A DNA stretch of 64,000 bases. Origin: Alphaproteobacteria bacterium (GTDB lineage Bacteria > Pseudomonadota > Alphaproteobacteria > SP197). The DNA is taken from assembly GCA_964291265.2 (NCBI GenBank), contig OZ219747.1:288001-352000 (forward strand), written 5' to 3'. Positions 42,243 to 53,764 of this stretch are shown here, in pieces. The notes beneath the pieces are model-generated. The model did no database searches and was not told the origin of the DNA. It saw nothing but the letters and a program-made list of their open reading frames with translations. Both the position numbers and the translations under genes were made by a program. Each line of letters begins with the position of its first letter. Positions within the stretch are counted from its first letter, which is position 1.

Positions 42243-43400
42243 TCAGGCGAGGAAGCGTTGCAACCTGTCTGCGGCAGCGTCGAGGACGTCATCCTTCTTG
42301 CAGAAGCAGAATCGGATGAGGGTGTCGATGCTGCCCTGGCGCATGAAGGCGCTGACCGGAACGGCGGTGACACCGGCCTTCTCGGTGATGAGACGGCAGA
42401 ACGCCTCGTCACCGCCGGCGATGCCGAATGGCGTGATGTCGGCATTGATGAAATACGTGCCCTGGCAGGGAAGGACCGGGAATCCGGCCTTCGCAAGACC
42501 GCAGGCCAAGCGGTCGCGCTTGCCCTGCAGGTGGGCCGCGAGATCGGTGTAGTAGGATGTCTCCTTTCCCAATCCATAGGCCACGGCCTTCTGCAGGTTG
42601 GGAGCCGTGGTGAAGGTGACAAACTGGTGGGCCTTCATGACGGCGGTCATGAGATCGGCCGGCCCTTCGACCCATCCGACCTTCCATCCCGTCAGCGAAA
42701 AGATCTTGCCGGCCGAGGAGATCCTCAGGGTTCGCTCGCGCATGCCGTCGAGTGACGCGATCGGCCGGTGCGCGAGCCCGTCGAAGAGCAGATGTTCATA
42801 GACCTCGTCACACAGGCAGATGACATCGTGCTGGATGCACATCCGCCGGATGAGGTCCAGTTCCGCCATGGTCAACACGCGCGCGGCAGGATTCATCGGC
42901 GAGTTGAGAAGGATCATGCGTGTCCGTGGCGTGAACGCCTCCTCGAGGGCCACGGGAGCGAGTTCCCACCCCGGCGGCTCGAGGGTGACATACCGGGGGA
43001 CGGCGCCAGCCCGCTCGATCATCGGCGGATAGGAATCATAGAGAGGTTCCAGCAACACCACCTCGTCGCCCGGATTGAGCAAGGCAAGGAAGCAGTCCGC
43101 CAGGGCCTCCGTTGCCCCCGACGTGACGACGATCTCGCTCTGCCAGTCGTAGTCGAGACCGTAGAAGCGCCGTGCGTGTGCGGCGATGGCCTGGCGGAGT
43201 TCGGCGAGCCCGGTCATGGGAGGGTACTGGTTGGGACCTTCCATGAGAGCGTCCGCCGCCGCCTGGCGAATGTCCCGGGGCCCGTCCTCGTCTGGAAAAC
43301 CCTGGCCAAGATTGATGGATCCGTGTTCCATCGCCAGGCGCGACATGACCTCGAACACCGTGGTTCCGAGGGCTGCCATGATCGTGTTGGCCGGCCTCAT
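42243..43400 (-). CDS. Aminotransferase class I/II (YbdL-like)
   Basis: INLGQGFPD, DEVYEH, SAGKIFSLTGWKVGW. Confidence 0.92.
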   Translation of the reverse strand: MRPANTIMAALGTTVFEVMSRLAMEHGSINLGQGFPDEDGPRDIRQAAADALMEGPNQYPPMTGLAELRQAIAAHARRFYGLDYDWQSEIVVTSGATEALADCFLALLNPGDEVVLLEPLYDSYPPMIERAGAVPRYVTLEPPGWELAPVALEEAFTPRTRMILLNSPMNPAARVLTMAELDLIRRMCIQHDVICLCDEVYEHLLFDGLAHRPIASLDGMRERTLRISSAGKIFSLTGWKVGWVEGPADLMTAVMKAHQFVTFTTAPNLQKAVAYGLGKETSYYTDLAAHLQGKRDRLACGLAKAGFPVLPCQGTYFINADITPFGIAGGDEAFCRLITEKAGVTAVPVSAFMRQGSIDTLIRFCFCKKDDVLDAAADRLQRFLA

Positions 43401-43506
43401 GTCACCCTCCGACGGTCACGATGAACCCTCTCCGCGACGTCCCTCGCAGACAAGGTGTCTTTCGAATCTCGACAAGAGCGATCCGATCTGCCAGATACTG
43501 CACTGA

Positions 43507-43944
<438 letters not shown>

Positions 43945-43988
43945 AAGCGTGCCCGAATCTCCAACAGACAACCGGAAGGAACCCCGCG

Positions 43989-45401
43989 ATGTCAGATGCT
44001 GAAAGTGTGCTCAAGCGTATCGAGGATGACGACATCCCCTACGTCGACCTCCGATTCACCGACCCAAGGGGCAAGTGGCAGCATCTCACGCTGTCCAGGC
44101 GCATGGTTGACGAAGACATGTTCACGGACGGTGTCATGTTCGACGGCTCCTCCATCGCCGGCTGGAAGGCCATCAACGAATCCGACATGACCCTCATTCC
44201 CGATCCTGACACCATGGTCCTGGATCCCTTCGAATCCCAGCCCACGCTCATCCTGAACTGCGACATCCACGAACCGTCGACCGGACAGGACTATGAGCGC
44301 GATCCGCGCTCGCTGGCGAGACGGGCGGAAGCCTATCTGCAGTACACCGGCATCGGCGACACGGCCTTCTTCGGCCCCGAGCTCGAGTTCTTCGTCTTCG
44401 ACAGCGTGCGCTTCACCACCGAATCCCACGCCATGGGCTACGAGATCGATTCGGATGAAGGGCCCTACAACGACAACACCGAGTACGAGGCGACGGGCAA
44501 CCTCGCCCACCGGCCACGCCAGAAGGGCGGCTACTTCCCCGTTCCGCCCGTTGATTCACTGAGCGACATGCGCTCCGAGATGCTGACGACCATGGCAGAC
44601 ATGGGCCTTCCCATCGACAAGCATCACCACGAGGTGGCGCCGGCACAGCACGAACTCGGCTTGACATTCGGTTCGCTGCTGACCTGCGCCGACAACGTGC
44701 AGGCCTACAAGTACGTCGTTCACCGGGTTGCCCACAGCTACGGCAAGACGGCGACCTTCATGCCCAAGCCCGTGATGTACGACAACGGCTCCGGCATGCA
44801 TGTGCACCAGTCCATCTGGAGGGACGGAGAGCCTCTCTTCGCCGGGAACCGCTACGCCGACCTTTCCGACATGGCGCTCTACTACATCGGTGGCATCATC
44901 CGCCATGCCAAGGCGCTCAACGCCTTCACCAACGCCTCGACCAACAGCTACAAGCGACTGGTTCCTGGCTACGAGGCGCCGGTGCTGCTCGCCTACAGTT
45001 CGCGCAACCGCTCTGCGTCCTGCCGCATTCCCTACGCCACGTCACCGAAGGCCAAGCGTGTCGAGATCCGTTTCCCGGACCCGACCGCGAATCCCTACCT
45101 TGCCTTCTCGGCCATGCTGATGGCCGGCCTCGACGGCATCGAGAACCGTATCCATCCAGGCGATGCCATGGACAAGAACCTCTACGATCTGCCGCCCGAG
45201 GAACTCAAGGATGTGCCGACGGTAGCAGGCAGCCTGCGCGAGGCGTTGAACGCCCTCGAGGAGGACAATGACTTTCTCAAGAAGGGTGAGGTCTTCAGCG
45301 ATGAGCTCATCAACGGCTATCTCGAACTCAAGTGGGAAGAGGTGATGGCCTTCGAGACCACCACGCATCCCATCGAGTTCGACATGTACTACAGCATCTA
45401 G
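43989..45401 (+). CDS. glnA: Glutamine synthetase type I
   Basis: FDGSSI, HHHEVA, FMPKP, NLYDLP adenylylation site. Confidence 0.97.
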   Translation: MSDAESVLKRIEDDDIPYVDLRFTDPRGKWQHLTLSRRMVDEDMFTDGVMFDGSSIAGWKAINESDMTLIPDPDTMVLDPFESQPTLILNCDIHEPSTGQDYERDPRSLARRAEAYLQYTGIGDTAFFGPELEFFVFDSVRFTTESHAMGYEIDSDEGPYNDNTEYEATGNLAHRPRQKGGYFPVPPVDSLSDMRSEMLTTMADMGLPIDKHHHEVAPAQHELGLTFGSLLTCADNVQAYKYVVHRVAHSYGKTATFMPKPVMYDNGSGMHVHQSIWRDGEPLFAGNRYADLSDMALYYIGGIIRHAKALNAFTNASTNSYKRLVPGYEAPVLLAYSSRNRSASCRIPYATSPKAKRVEIRFPDPTANPYLAFSAMLMAGLDGIENRIHPGDAMDKNLYDLPPEELKDVPTVAGSLREALNALEEDNDFLKKGEVFSDELINGYLELKWEEVMAFETTTHPIEFDMYYSI

Positions 45402-45412
45402 AAGGTGGATCT

Positions 45413-45443
45413 TTCCGGGCACGCACGCCAAGCGTGCCCGGAA
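45413..45443 (+). terminator. Strong hairpin after glnA (no U tract)
   Basis: TTCCGGGCACGC-N7-GCGTGCCCGGAA. Confidence 0.45.
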
Positions 45444-45457
45444 GACCGGGTTCCAGG

Positions 45458-45964
45458 ATGGCCAGCCGCACACTTTCCCTGCTTCCCGTCTTCGCACTCC
45501 TGGCGGTGGTCGGGGGCAGTGCAGCCGAAGCCGGGTGCAACGACCTTCCGGCAGAAAACGTCGACTGGCGCAGCTGCAATCTCTCCGGCATCGATTTCCC
45601 CGGGGCCGTCCTCGTCGGCGGCAACCTGCGCGGCGCAGCGCTCAGCAACGCGAACCTGCGGAATGCCGACTTGTCGCGCATTGACGGCTACCGCGTGCGT
45701 TTCGTCGAATCGGACCTTTCCGGCGCCACGTTCGACGGCGCGAAACTCACCGGCGCACGCTTCGACAGGGCCGACCTTTCGGGTGCCTCCATGCGGCGCG
45801 TCGAGGTCCGGGACACCAAGTTTCTCTTTGCCGATCTAACCGGTGTCGACTTCACCGGAGCCGTTCTCAGGGATGTCGACTTCACCGGCGCCACCCTCAC
45901 CGGCGCCACGTGGACCGATGGCGTGAAGGTGTGCGCCGAAGGATCCCGGGGAATGTGCCGGTAG
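45458..45964 (+). CDS. Exported pentapeptide repeat protein
   Basis: Signal peptide, A(D/N)Lxx repeats, terminal WTDG..C. Confidence 0.85.
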   Translation: MASRTLSLLPVFALLAVVGGSAAEAGCNDLPAENVDWRSCNLSGIDFPGAVLVGGNLRGAALSNANLRNADLSRIDGYRVRFVESDLSGATFDGAKLTGARFDRADLSGASMRRVEVRDTKFLFADLTGVDFTGAVLRDVDFTGATLTGATWTDGVKVCAEGSRGMCR

Positions 45965-45978
45965 CTCCGTCCTGGTTG

Positions 45979-47268
45979 TCAGACCTTTTCCAGGGCCTCG
46001 TCGAGATCGCGGATGAGATCGCTGACCGTCTCGATGCCGATGGAAAGACGGATCGTGTCGTCGGCGGCGCCGGCGGCGGCGCGCTGTTCGGGCGTCAGCT
46101 GGCGGTGTGTCGTGCTCGCCGGGTGTATGACGAGGCTCCGTGTATCACCGACATTGGCAAGATGACTGAAGAGGCCGGACGCCTCGACCATGCGGGTACA
46201 GGCATCGAAACCGTCCTTCAGACCGAAGGTGAAGACACTGCCGAAGCCGTGCTTCAGGTACTTGCGCGCCAGACCGTGCCACGGGCTCGACTCCAGTCCG
46301 GCGTAGGAGACCCAGGCCACCTTGGGGTGGGTCTCGAGGTGGCGGGCGACATCGAGAGCGTTGTCGCAGTGACGCTGCATCCTCAGGGGCAGGGTCTCGC
46401 ATCCGGTGATCAGATGGAAGGCATTGGCCGGCGACAGCGACGGCCCGAAATCCCTCAGCGCCACGGCGCGCGCCTTCATGGTGAACCCGAAATCACCGAA
46501 GGTCTCGGCAAAGGTGAGGCCGTGATAGGCCTCTTCGGGTTCCGTCATGCCGGGGAACTTGCCACTGGCAAACCAGTCGAAGGCGCCCGACTCGACGACG
46601 ACGCCTCCCATCGAGGTGCCGTGGCCACCGATGAACTTGGTCGCCGAATGGATGACGATATCGGCCCCCCAGTGAATGGGCTGGATGAGGCACGGTGTGG
46701 CCAGGGTGTTGTCGACGACAAGAGGAATCCGGTGGCGGCGTGCGATCGCGACCAGGGGTTCGAGGTCGACGACGATACCCCCGGGATTGGCCAGCACCTC
46801 GACGAAGATGGCGCGGGTCTCGTCTCGTATGGCGGCTTCCACGATGTCCGGGTCGTTGGGGTCGACGAGGTCGGCGTGCCAGCCGAGCCTGGCAAAGGAC
46901 TTGGTGAACTGCGTGACGGAACCGCCGTAGAGATAGCGCGACGCGACGATGTGGGAGCCGGGCTCGAGCAGGGTAAAGAAGGCAAGAAACTGCGCCGCAT
47001 GACCCGAGGCGCAGGCGACGGCGGCGCGGCCGTCCTCGAGACTGGCGACCCTTTCCTCGAGAACCGCCACCGTCGGGTTGGTCAGCCTCGAATAGAGATA
47101 GCCGAAGGTCTGGAGATTGAAGAGCGAGGCGGCGTGCTCGACGTCGTCGAACACGAAGCTGGTCGTCTGGTAGATCGGTGTCTGCCTTGCTCCGGTGGCC
47201 GGGTCGGGGCGCGCCCCGGCGTGGACGGCACGGGTCTCCATGCCGTAGAGGCGGTCGCCGTCATTCAT
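45979..47268 (-). CDS. metY: O-acetylhomoserine aminocarboxypropyltransferase
   Basis: YSRLTNPT, HSATKFIGGHG, HLANVGD..HPASTTH. Confidence 0.9.
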   Translation of the reverse strand: MNDGDRLYGMETRAVHAGARPDPATGARQTPIYQTTSFVFDDVEHAASLFNLQTFGYLYSRLTNPTVAVLEERVASLEDGRAAVACASGHAAQFLAFFTLLEPGSHIVASRYLYGGSVTQFTKSFARLGWHADLVDPNDPDIVEAAIRDETRAIFVEVLANPGGIVVDLEPLVAIARRHRIPLVVDNTLATPCLIQPIHWGADIVIHSATKFIGGHGTSMGGVVVESGAFDWFASGKFPGMTEPEEAYHGLTFAETFGDFGFTMKARAVALRDFGPSLSPANAFHLITGCETLPLRMQRHCDNALDVARHLETHPKVAWVSYAGLESSPWHGLARKYLKHGFGSVFTFGLKDGFDACTRMVEASGLFSHLANVGDTRSLVIHPASTTHRQLTPEQRAAAGAADDTIRLSIGIETVSDLIRDLDEALEKV

Positions 47269-47304
47269 GACTGACCCCTTGTCGTGGGCGCAAGGCAGCG
47301 GGTG

Positions 47305-47799
47305 TCACAGTCTCAGGACCCGGGCGGTGATGATCCCGGAATTGACGCCGCTCCACGAGAGTTCCCCGGAAAGCCGTCCATATTCGATCTTCGGGCACCG
47401 GTCCATGACGACCTCGAGACCCGCGGCCTCCGCCCTCTGGGCTGCGGCATCGTTGCGCACCCCGAGCTGCATCCAGACAACCTGGAACTGTTTGCCGTTC
47501 CGCAACCTGATGATCTCGTCGACAATGCCTCCGGCCGCCCGGGAATTGCGAAAGATGTCGACCATGGGAACGGGCGTCCGGAGCTCGTCAAGGGACCCCA
47601 GCACGGTTTCACCCAGCACCGTCTGGCCGGCGGCGGCCGGATTGACCGGGATGATGCGATATCCCTTGCCCTGGAGGTACTTCATCACGAAATGGCTCGG
47701 TCGCACCCAGTTCGGACTGGCGCCGATCATGGCGATGGTGCGGCAGCGGCGCAGGATCGAGCGCAGCGCCTCGTCGCTGTAGCGGTCGTGACCGGCCAT
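47305..47799 (-). CDS. CoA-binding protein
   Basis: IGASPNWVRPS, VWMQLG, DRCPKIE. Confidence 0.9.
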   Translation of the reverse strand: MAGHDRYSDEALRSILRRCRTIAMIGASPNWVRPSHFVMKYLQGKGYRIIPVNPAAAGQTVLGETVLGSLDELRTPVPMVDIFRNSRAAGGIVDEIIRLRNGKQFQVVWMQLGVRNDAAAQRAEAAGLEVVMDRCPKIEYGRLSGELSWSGVNSGIITARVLRL

Positions 47800-48578
47800 C
47801 ACTCGCCCTGCCACCGCGGAGCGCGCTTGCCGAGGAACGCGTCGATTCCCTCCTTCGCATCCCGCTTGAGCATGTTCTCGGTCATCACCCGGCTGGCGTA
47901 GGCGTACGCCTCGTCCAGGGGCATCTCCAGCTGGCGGTAGAAGGCCTCCTTGCCGATGGCCACAGTCATGGGGGACTTCGAGGCGATGGTCCGCGCCAGC
48001 TGCGATGTCGCGGAATCGAGGTCGCAAGCCGCCACGACGCGGTTGACGAGGCCCAGTTCCCGTGCCCGTACCGCGTCGATCACGTCACCGGTCAGCAACA
48101 TCTCCATGGCGGGCTTGCGCGCCACGTTGCGTGACAGCGCGACCATCGGCGTGGAACAGAAGAGCCCGATGTTGACGCCGGGCGTGGCGAAGGCCGCCCC
48201 CACCGAGGCCACGGCGAGGTCGCAGCTCGCCACCAGCTGGCAACCAGCCGCTGTCGCCATGCCGCCGACACTGGCGATCACCGGCTTCGGCAGCCTGACA
48301 ATGGTCGTCATCAGGCGGCTGCACTGATCGAAGAGGCGGTTGTGGTTGTCGGCTCCCGGATGATCACGGATCTCCTTCAGGTCATGACCGGCACAGAACA
48401 CCTTGCCCTTGCCGGCAATGACGATGACATGCACGTCGGACCGGTTCGCGAGGCGATCGAGTTCGTCCTGCAGCGCAGCCATCAATGCGACACTGAGCGC
48501 GTTGCGCCGTTTCGGGCGATTGAGCGCCAGGTGCGCCACCTGACCCTCCTGCGAAGTGAGGAGAAGCGGTTCGTCCAT
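47799..48578 (-). CDS. Enoyl-CoA hydratase
   Basis: FCAGHDLKE, AAGCQLVA, TPGVNIGLFCSTP. Confidence 0.92.
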   Translation of the reverse strand: MDEPLLLTSQEGQVAHLALNRPKRRNALSVALMAALQDELDRLANRSDVHVIVIAGKGKVFCAGHDLKEIRDHPGADNHNRLFDQCSRLMTTIVRLPKPVIASVGGMATAAGCQLVASCDLAVASVGAAFATPGVNIGLFCSTPMVALSRNVARKPAMEMLLTGDVIDAVRARELGLVNRVVAACDLDSATSQLARTIASKSPMTVAIGKEAFYRQLEMPLDEAYAYASRVMTENMLKRDAKEGIDAFLGKRAPRWQGE

Positions 48579-48643
48579 CCCTGCACTGTAGCCAAGCTGC
48601 GGACACGGAGACAATGGATGTCTCGGCGATGAGGATTCGGGCA

Positions 48644-48673
48644 TTGACATGACCGGGCAGTCTTGACTAGGTT
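48644..48673 (+). promoter_or_regulatory. Putative sigma70 promoter of rplM-rpsI
   Basis: TTGACA-N18-TAGGTT. Confidence 0.5.
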
Positions 48674-48708
48674 CCGCCGCGTCAGGCTGACTGCCATTCG
48701 GAACCCGC

Positions 48709-49173
48709 ATGAAGACCTATGTTGCCAAGCCGCGCGAAGTCGAGCGCACGTGGTACCTGGTTGACGCCGAGGATCTTGTTCTCGGACGCATGGCCGTGGA
48801 AATCGCCGACATCCTGCGAGGCAAGCACAAGCCGACCTTTTCGCCGCATGTCGATTGCGGAGATTTCGTGATCGTCGTCAACGCCGAAAAGGTTCACCTG
48901 ACGGGCAACAAGCGGGCCGGCGAGACATTCCACTGGCACACCGGGTGGCCAGGCGGCATCAAGGGTCAGACCCTTGGCGAACGACTCGACGGGGCCTTCC
49001 CCGAGCGCGTCGTCATCAAGGCCGTCGAGCGCATGATCTCCCGCAACCCGCTTGGCCGCCAGGTCATGAAGAAACTCAAGGTCTATGCCGGGTCACACCA
49101 TCCCCACGAAGCGCAGCAGCCGGAGGTTCTCGACCTGGCGGCGCGCAACCCCAAGAACAGAAGGGCTGCCTGA
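48709..49173 (+). CDS. rplM: 50S ribosomal protein L13
   Basis: [26 protein letters not shown]. Confidence 0.97.
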   Translation: MKTYVAKPREVERTWYLVDAEDLVLGRMAVEIADILRGKHKPTFSPHVDCGDFVIVVNAEKVHLTGNKRAGETFHWHTGWPGGIKGQTLGERLDGAFPERVVIKAVERMISRNPLGRQVMKKLKVYAGSHHPHEAQQPEVLDLAARNPKNRRAA

Positions 49174-49175
49174 CC

Positions 49176-49640
49176 ATGGCGATTGTGGCCGAAACCCAGG
49201 AACCCGCCGTTTCCGACGCCGACATCCAGCTTCCCGAACCCCAGATTGATCCCCAGGGGCGCTCCTATGCCACAGGCAAGCGCAAGAACGCGATCGCCCG
49301 CGTCTGGCTGAAACCCGGGGTCGGACGCATCATCGTCAATGGCAGCAGCGTCGAGGAGTACTTCACGCGCGGCACCTGGCGGCTGATCCTCGGCCGCCCC
49401 TTCCATGTCGCCGACCGTGTCGACCAGTACGACGTCTTCTGCACGGTGAAGGGGGGCGGGCTGTCGGGCCAGGCGGGCGCCCTGCGTCACGGCATCTCGA
49501 AGGCGTTGGCACTCCATGAACCGGTTCTGCGCAAGACACTCAAGTCCAGCGGCTACCTGACGCGCGACCCACGGGTCGTGGAGCGCAAAAAGTACGGCAA
49601 GCGCAAGGCGCGCCGCAGCTTCCAGTTCTCCAAGCGCTGA
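49176..49640 (+). CDS. rpsI: 30S ribosomal protein S9
   Basis: [27 protein letters not shown]. Confidence 0.97.
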   Translation: MAIVAETQEPAVSDADIQLPEPQIDPQGRSYATGKRKNAIARVWLKPGVGRIIVNGSSVEEYFTRGTWRLILGRPFHVADRVDQYDVFCTVKGGGLSGQAGALRHGISKALALHEPVLRKTLKSSGYLTRDPRVVERKKYGKRKARRSFQFSKR

Positions 49641-49652
49641 CGGCCGAAGCCG

Positions 49653-50255
49653 TCAGTCCACCTCGATCTCGAGTTCCGTCGGCCGGTTGCCGGCGTTGAT
49701 CTCCCAGCCTTCGGCCTGGATGTCGAAAGGACACGAGGACACCACGCAGATGAGGTCCATCAAGGCCTCCATGGTCACGCTGGCCCCCGGTTTGACGCGG
49801 TTGGCGGGAGCCGTCAGGCGTCCTTCGCCATCCACCGGGACGTTGGTGAAGAAGTTGATGGGCTGGGGAATGACCGAAATCTCGTAACCCTCGCGGCGCA
49901 TGGCGATCTGCAGGTTCCCGGAACAGCTGGCGTGCACGCCCCGATAGCCGAAGAACTCGTATCGGAACTGGTCGCAGGCCGCGAGCAGCATGTCGTGGAT
50001 GCCGTCGGCGGTGTCCCCTGTCATCGTCAGCATCGGCCGTCGGAATCGCGACAGGAAGACATCGCCCGGGCGCGGCCTGAGCGAGAACGTGGTGACCCAC
50101 GTGTGGGTGGGCGACAGCCACTCGTCGACATTGGCGCTGTTGTAGGCGAAGAAATCGGCCGCCTGGCCTCCCTTCGGCGTCGCCACGGAGATGGACTCGC
50201 CAGCGGCAACACGCACTGCACGACCTTCCGACGGCGGGACAATGATCCGTTCCAT
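49653..50255 (-). CDS. DUF1989 / urea carboxylase-associated family protein
   Basis: GGQAAD, HDMLLAAC, SC..NL, SSCP. Confidence 0.85.
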   Translation of the reverse strand: MERIIVPPSEGRAVRVAAGESISVATPKGGQAADFFAYNSANVDEWLSPTHTWVTTFSLRPRPGDVFLSRFRRPMLTMTGDTADGIHDMLLAACDQFRYEFFGYRGVHASCSGNLQIAMRREGYEISVIPQPINFFTNVPVDGEGRLTAPANRVKPGASVTMEALMDLICVVSSCPFDIQAEGWEINAGNRPTELEIEVD

Positions 50256-50264
50256 GGGGGCTCC

Positions 50265-50981
50265 TCAGGCTGTCAAGGCCCGCAGACCGGCTTCGCCGGT
50301 TGCGGGGAATCCGGCGAGCTCGGTGACGACATCATCGCTCGTCACGATCCGGCAATACCCCGAATACATGTCGAGCGACTGCTCGTGCCGCTCCCTGCTC
50401 ATGGTGGCGCACGCGTCCTCCGGCACCGTTACAAGATAGCCGAGATCGCAGGCATCCCGCACCGCCGACTCGACGCACTGGTCGGTCAGAAGGCCACAGA
50501 TGACGATCTGTTCGATCTCGAGTGCGCGCAGCACGTAATCAACGTTGGTCGACACGAAGACATTCGATGATGTCTTCGAGATGACAATCTCGTCGTCGTG
50601 GCGGGCAATGGCTTCGGGAATGGCGGCCCATGGCGACCCCTTCGGAACGCCGATGCCCGAGATGCGATAATCGAGCCCGAGATCCCGCATGTCGCCGGTC
50701 AGGGCCTCGACGACCGTGTACATCACCTCCATGCCGACCCGCCTCGACGCGTCCTGAAGGCGGGCGATCGCCGGCAGGGTCACCCCTTCAAGGCGGGTGA
50801 AGTAGTAGGCGAGATGGTGCGGAATGGCGGAAGGGTCGATATCGCCGAATTCACCATCTCCGGGTGTCACCGTGTAGACCTGCACATCCACCACCAGCAG
50901 GGCCGCATGACGCGGGGTCCTGATCGGCACGTGACGCGTCAGACCACCTCTTGCGTCACGGGCGAAGCATGTGCGTGACAT
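50265..50981 (-). CDS. Isochorismatase-family cysteine hydrolase
   Basis: LLVVDVQ, K, TDQCVESAVRDA. Confidence 0.88.
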   Translation of the reverse strand: MSRTCFARDARGGLTRHVPIRTPRHAALLVVDVQVYTVTPGDGEFGDIDPSAIPHHLAYYFTRLEGVTLPAIARLQDASRRVGMEVMYTVVEALTGDMRDLGLDYRISGIGVPKGSPWAAIPEAIARHDDEIVISKTSSNVFVSTNVDYVLRALEIEQIVICGLLTDQCVESAVRDACDLGYLVTVPEDACATMSRERHEQSLDMYSGYCRIVTSDDVVTELAGFPATGEAGLRALTA

Positions 50982-51114
50982 GGACCCTGTTCTCCCTTGC
51001 CCCCGCCACCCTAAGGCGGCCCGAGCGTCCCGTGCAAGGCTCCATCGGCATGCCGGGGCTTGGAGTGAACCCGGCTCCCGGCTACCTTGGCCCGGGGCAT
51101 GCAGGCCGGAGGAC

Positions 51115-51942
51115 ATGGGCGGGATCAAGGCGGTCATCTTCGACTGGTCCGGCACCGTGATCGATTTCGGTTCCAGGGCGCCTGTCGAGGCCTTCATCGA
51201 GATCTTCGCAGATCGTGGCGTCGCCATTCGTGATGACGAGGCGAGGGCGCCCATGGGCCTCGGCAAGCGCCACCACATCGAGGCTCTGGCACGCCTGCCC
51301 CGTATCGCCGCTGCATGGCGCCACGTTCACGGCCAGGGCATCATGGCCGACGACATCGACCGTCTTCACGGGATCCTGGAACGGCGCATCAAGGACGCGG
51401 CTCTCCGTCGTTCCGCCCTGATTCCGGGCACCGCCCGCGTCATTGGCGGCCTGCGCCGCCGCGGTGTCAGGATCGGTTCGACCACCGGGTATCCCCGTTC
51501 CGTGCTGACGCCTCTTGCCCGCCTGGCGGAGACGCAGGGATTTGCGCCCGACGTAACGGTGTGCTCGGACGACCTTGCCGCCGGCAGACCCACGCCGCTC
51601 ATGATGTACCGCTGCTTCATCGATCTTGCCGTCTGGCCGGCCAGTGCCGTCGTCAAGGTGGACGACACCGCACCCGGCATCGCGGAGGCGGTCGCCGCCG
51701 GCAGCTGGGCCGTCGGTGTCACGCTGTCGGGGAACGGAGTCGGGCTTGACGAGAACGACCTGGCACGACTCGACGCGTCAGAGATCGGCCGGCTGAGGAC
51801 CAGGGCCGCCGCGCCTCTTCATGAGGCCGGCGCCCATCATGTCATCGACACCGTTGCCGATCTTCCCCGGGCACTCGACCACATCACGAAGAGCCTTGGC
51901 TCCGGGGGTACGCCCTTCGACGACCGGGAGAACGGACGATGA
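51115..51942 (+). CDS. phnX: Phosphonoacetaldehyde hydrolase
   Basis: FDWSGTVIDFGS, PMGLGKRHHI (Schiff-base Lys), KVDDT. Confidence 0.92.
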   Translation: MGGIKAVIFDWSGTVIDFGSRAPVEAFIEIFADRGVAIRDDEARAPMGLGKRHHIEALARLPRIAAAWRHVHGQGIMADDIDRLHGILERRIKDAALRRSALIPGTARVIGGLRRRGVRIGSTTGYPRSVLTPLARLAETQGFAPDVTVCSDDLAAGRPTPLMMYRCFIDLAVWPASAVVKVDDTAPGIAEAVAAGSWAVGVTLSGNGVGLDENDLARLDASEIGRLRTRAAAPLHEAGAHHVIDTVADLPRALDHITKSLGSGGTPFDDRENGR

Positions 51943-53462
51943 CGATGATCCTGCTGGGCGGGGAGGCGCTTGGAGTCGACGACGTGGTGGCTGTGGCCCG
52001 TGGTGGCGCATCGACCGGCATCGCCGGCGAGGCGCGATCCCGCATGGAACAGAGCCGCGCCGTGGTCGAGCGCTTCAGTGCCTCCGATCGACCTGTCTAC
52101 GGCCTGACCCGAGGCCTCGGCGGGCGTGTGGTGAATGAAGTGGACCCCGCGGAGCGCGAGGACTACAGCCGGATCGTGGTGCTCGCCAGGGCCTGTGGCG
52201 CCGGCGAGCCACTCCCCGGGGAGACCGTGCGGGCCGCCATGTTCTCAAGGGCCGCCGGAATGGCCCGGGGAGGGGCCGGGGTACGCCCGATCATCGCCGA
52301 AACACTGTGCGCGATGCTTGAAAGGGACGTTCAGCCCCTGGTTCCCGGCATCGGCTCCATCGGCGCCTCGGACATCGCACTGTGCGCCAACATGGCGCTT
52401 CCCCTCATCGGCGAAGGGCGCGCCTGGTTCCAGGGAACACTCCTTGACGGCGCCGAGGCCATGGCGCGCGCCGGTGTCGACGTGGTCGAGCTGCGCGAGA
52501 AGGAGGGTCTGGCTCTCTGCTCCTCGAATGCCGTTTCCGTTGGCCAGGCGGCCCTGGTGATGGCCGATCTGGAACATCTCCTGGAACTGATGGACGGCAT
52601 CGTCGTTCTCGGGTTCGAGGCATTCCGCGCCAATCCCGGGCCCATCGACCCCCGCGTGGTGATGGCCCGTGGCGCGCCTGGCCAGGCCCGGGCGGCCCTG
52701 AGTCTGCGCCACAAGCTTCTGGGCACGGCGCTCTTCGATCCTGCGGAACCGCGCCGTGTCCAGGACCCGATCAGCCTGCGCTGCGTCAGCCACGTTCACG
52801 GCAGTCTGAGGGCAGCGATCGATTTCGCAAGGCCGAATGTCATCGTCGAGATCAACGGCGCCGGGGACAACCCCCTGGTGCTGGCGACGGACGGCGACAT
52901 CCTGTCCACCGGCAATTTCCACACGCCGGCCATGGCGGTCGCCTTCGATGCCCTCACCCTTGCCATGTCCCAGACGGCGACGATGGCGGCACAGCGCATC
53001 GGGCGCCTGATGCAGAACCAGTTCACCGGACTGCCCGACATGCTGACGCGCCACGGCACCACGCGGGCCGGGCTCGGCCTCCTGTCGCTCACGTCGGAGA
53101 CCCTGTCGAAGGAGATCCACCTGCTCGGCGCCCCGGCCAGCCTGCTCGACAGCTCGACCTACCACGTCGAGGACCACGCACCGATGACCTGGGTGGCAGT
53201 CCGCCAGGCACGGGATGCGGTCGTCCACCTCACCCGCATCGCCGCCGCCGAACTCATCGTTGCCGCCCAGGCCTTCGACCTGCGCAATCCGCCGCGCCAC
53301 GCCCGCGTGGCGGGATGCCTGCGCGACGCTCTGCGTCTCATCGTTCCGCCCCTCGACGACGACCGCAGCATGACCGGCGAGGTTGCCGCCGTCGCCACCG
53401 CCATCGCCGACGGCGCATTCCGCGACTGCCTTGGCGCGGAACCGCAGGAATGCGCGCCATGA
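51939..53462 (+). CDS. Aromatic amino acid ammonia-lyase family protein with atypical MIO loop
   Basis: VYGLTRG, KEGLAL, QDPISLRC, DNP, GNFH; GSIGASDI instead of GASGD. Confidence 0.85.
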   Translation: MTMILLGGEALGVDDVVAVARGGASTGIAGEARSRMEQSRAVVERFSASDRPVYGLTRGLGGRVVNEVDPAEREDYSRIVVLARACGAGEPLPGETVRAAMFSRAAGMARGGAGVRPIIAETLCAMLERDVQPLVPGIGSIGASDIALCANMALPLIGEGRAWFQGTLLDGAEAMARAGVDVVELREKEGLALCSSNAVSVGQAALVMADLEHLLELMDGIVVLGFEAFRANPGPIDPRVVMARGAPGQARAALSLRHKLLGTALFDPAEPRRVQDPISLRCVSHVHGSLRAAIDFARPNVIVEINGAGDNPLVLATDGDILSTGNFHTPAMAVAFDALTLAMSQTATMAAQRIGRLMQNQFTGLPDMLTRHGTTRAGLGLLSLTSETLSKEIHLLGAPASLLDSSTYHVEDHAPMTWVAVRQARDAVVHLTRIAAAELIVAAQAFDLRNPPRHARVAGCLRDALRLIVPPLDDDRSMTGEVAAVATAIADGAFRDCLGAEPQECAP

Positions 53463-53764
53463 CGACCCTGCACCGGGTGGAGGACACGCCTCGTCCGCGG
53501 ACGACCGGCGACATCCTTGCCGCCTGCCATGGCGGATTCGCCCGGACAGTCGAGGCGGCGGGGATGTCCCGCAGCACGGTGCAGACACCCCGCAAGGTCT
53601 GACGAGAGCGTTGCCCGGCAGCTCCCCGTTCCCGATCACGGACATGGCCGGTATTGCGTGCGGACTTCATCGATGTGGTTCCTCCCGGCGGGCCAATTCG
53701 GTAAACGGGAGCCTTCGCCGCCATCTCGCCCGTCGCTCCCGACACCCCCGCTGGAGGATACGCC

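Noticed and set aside
45458-45964. Pentapeptide repeat protein as Qnr-type quinolone resistance
   Set aside because: It has a signal peptide and is short, matching common exported pentapeptide proteins
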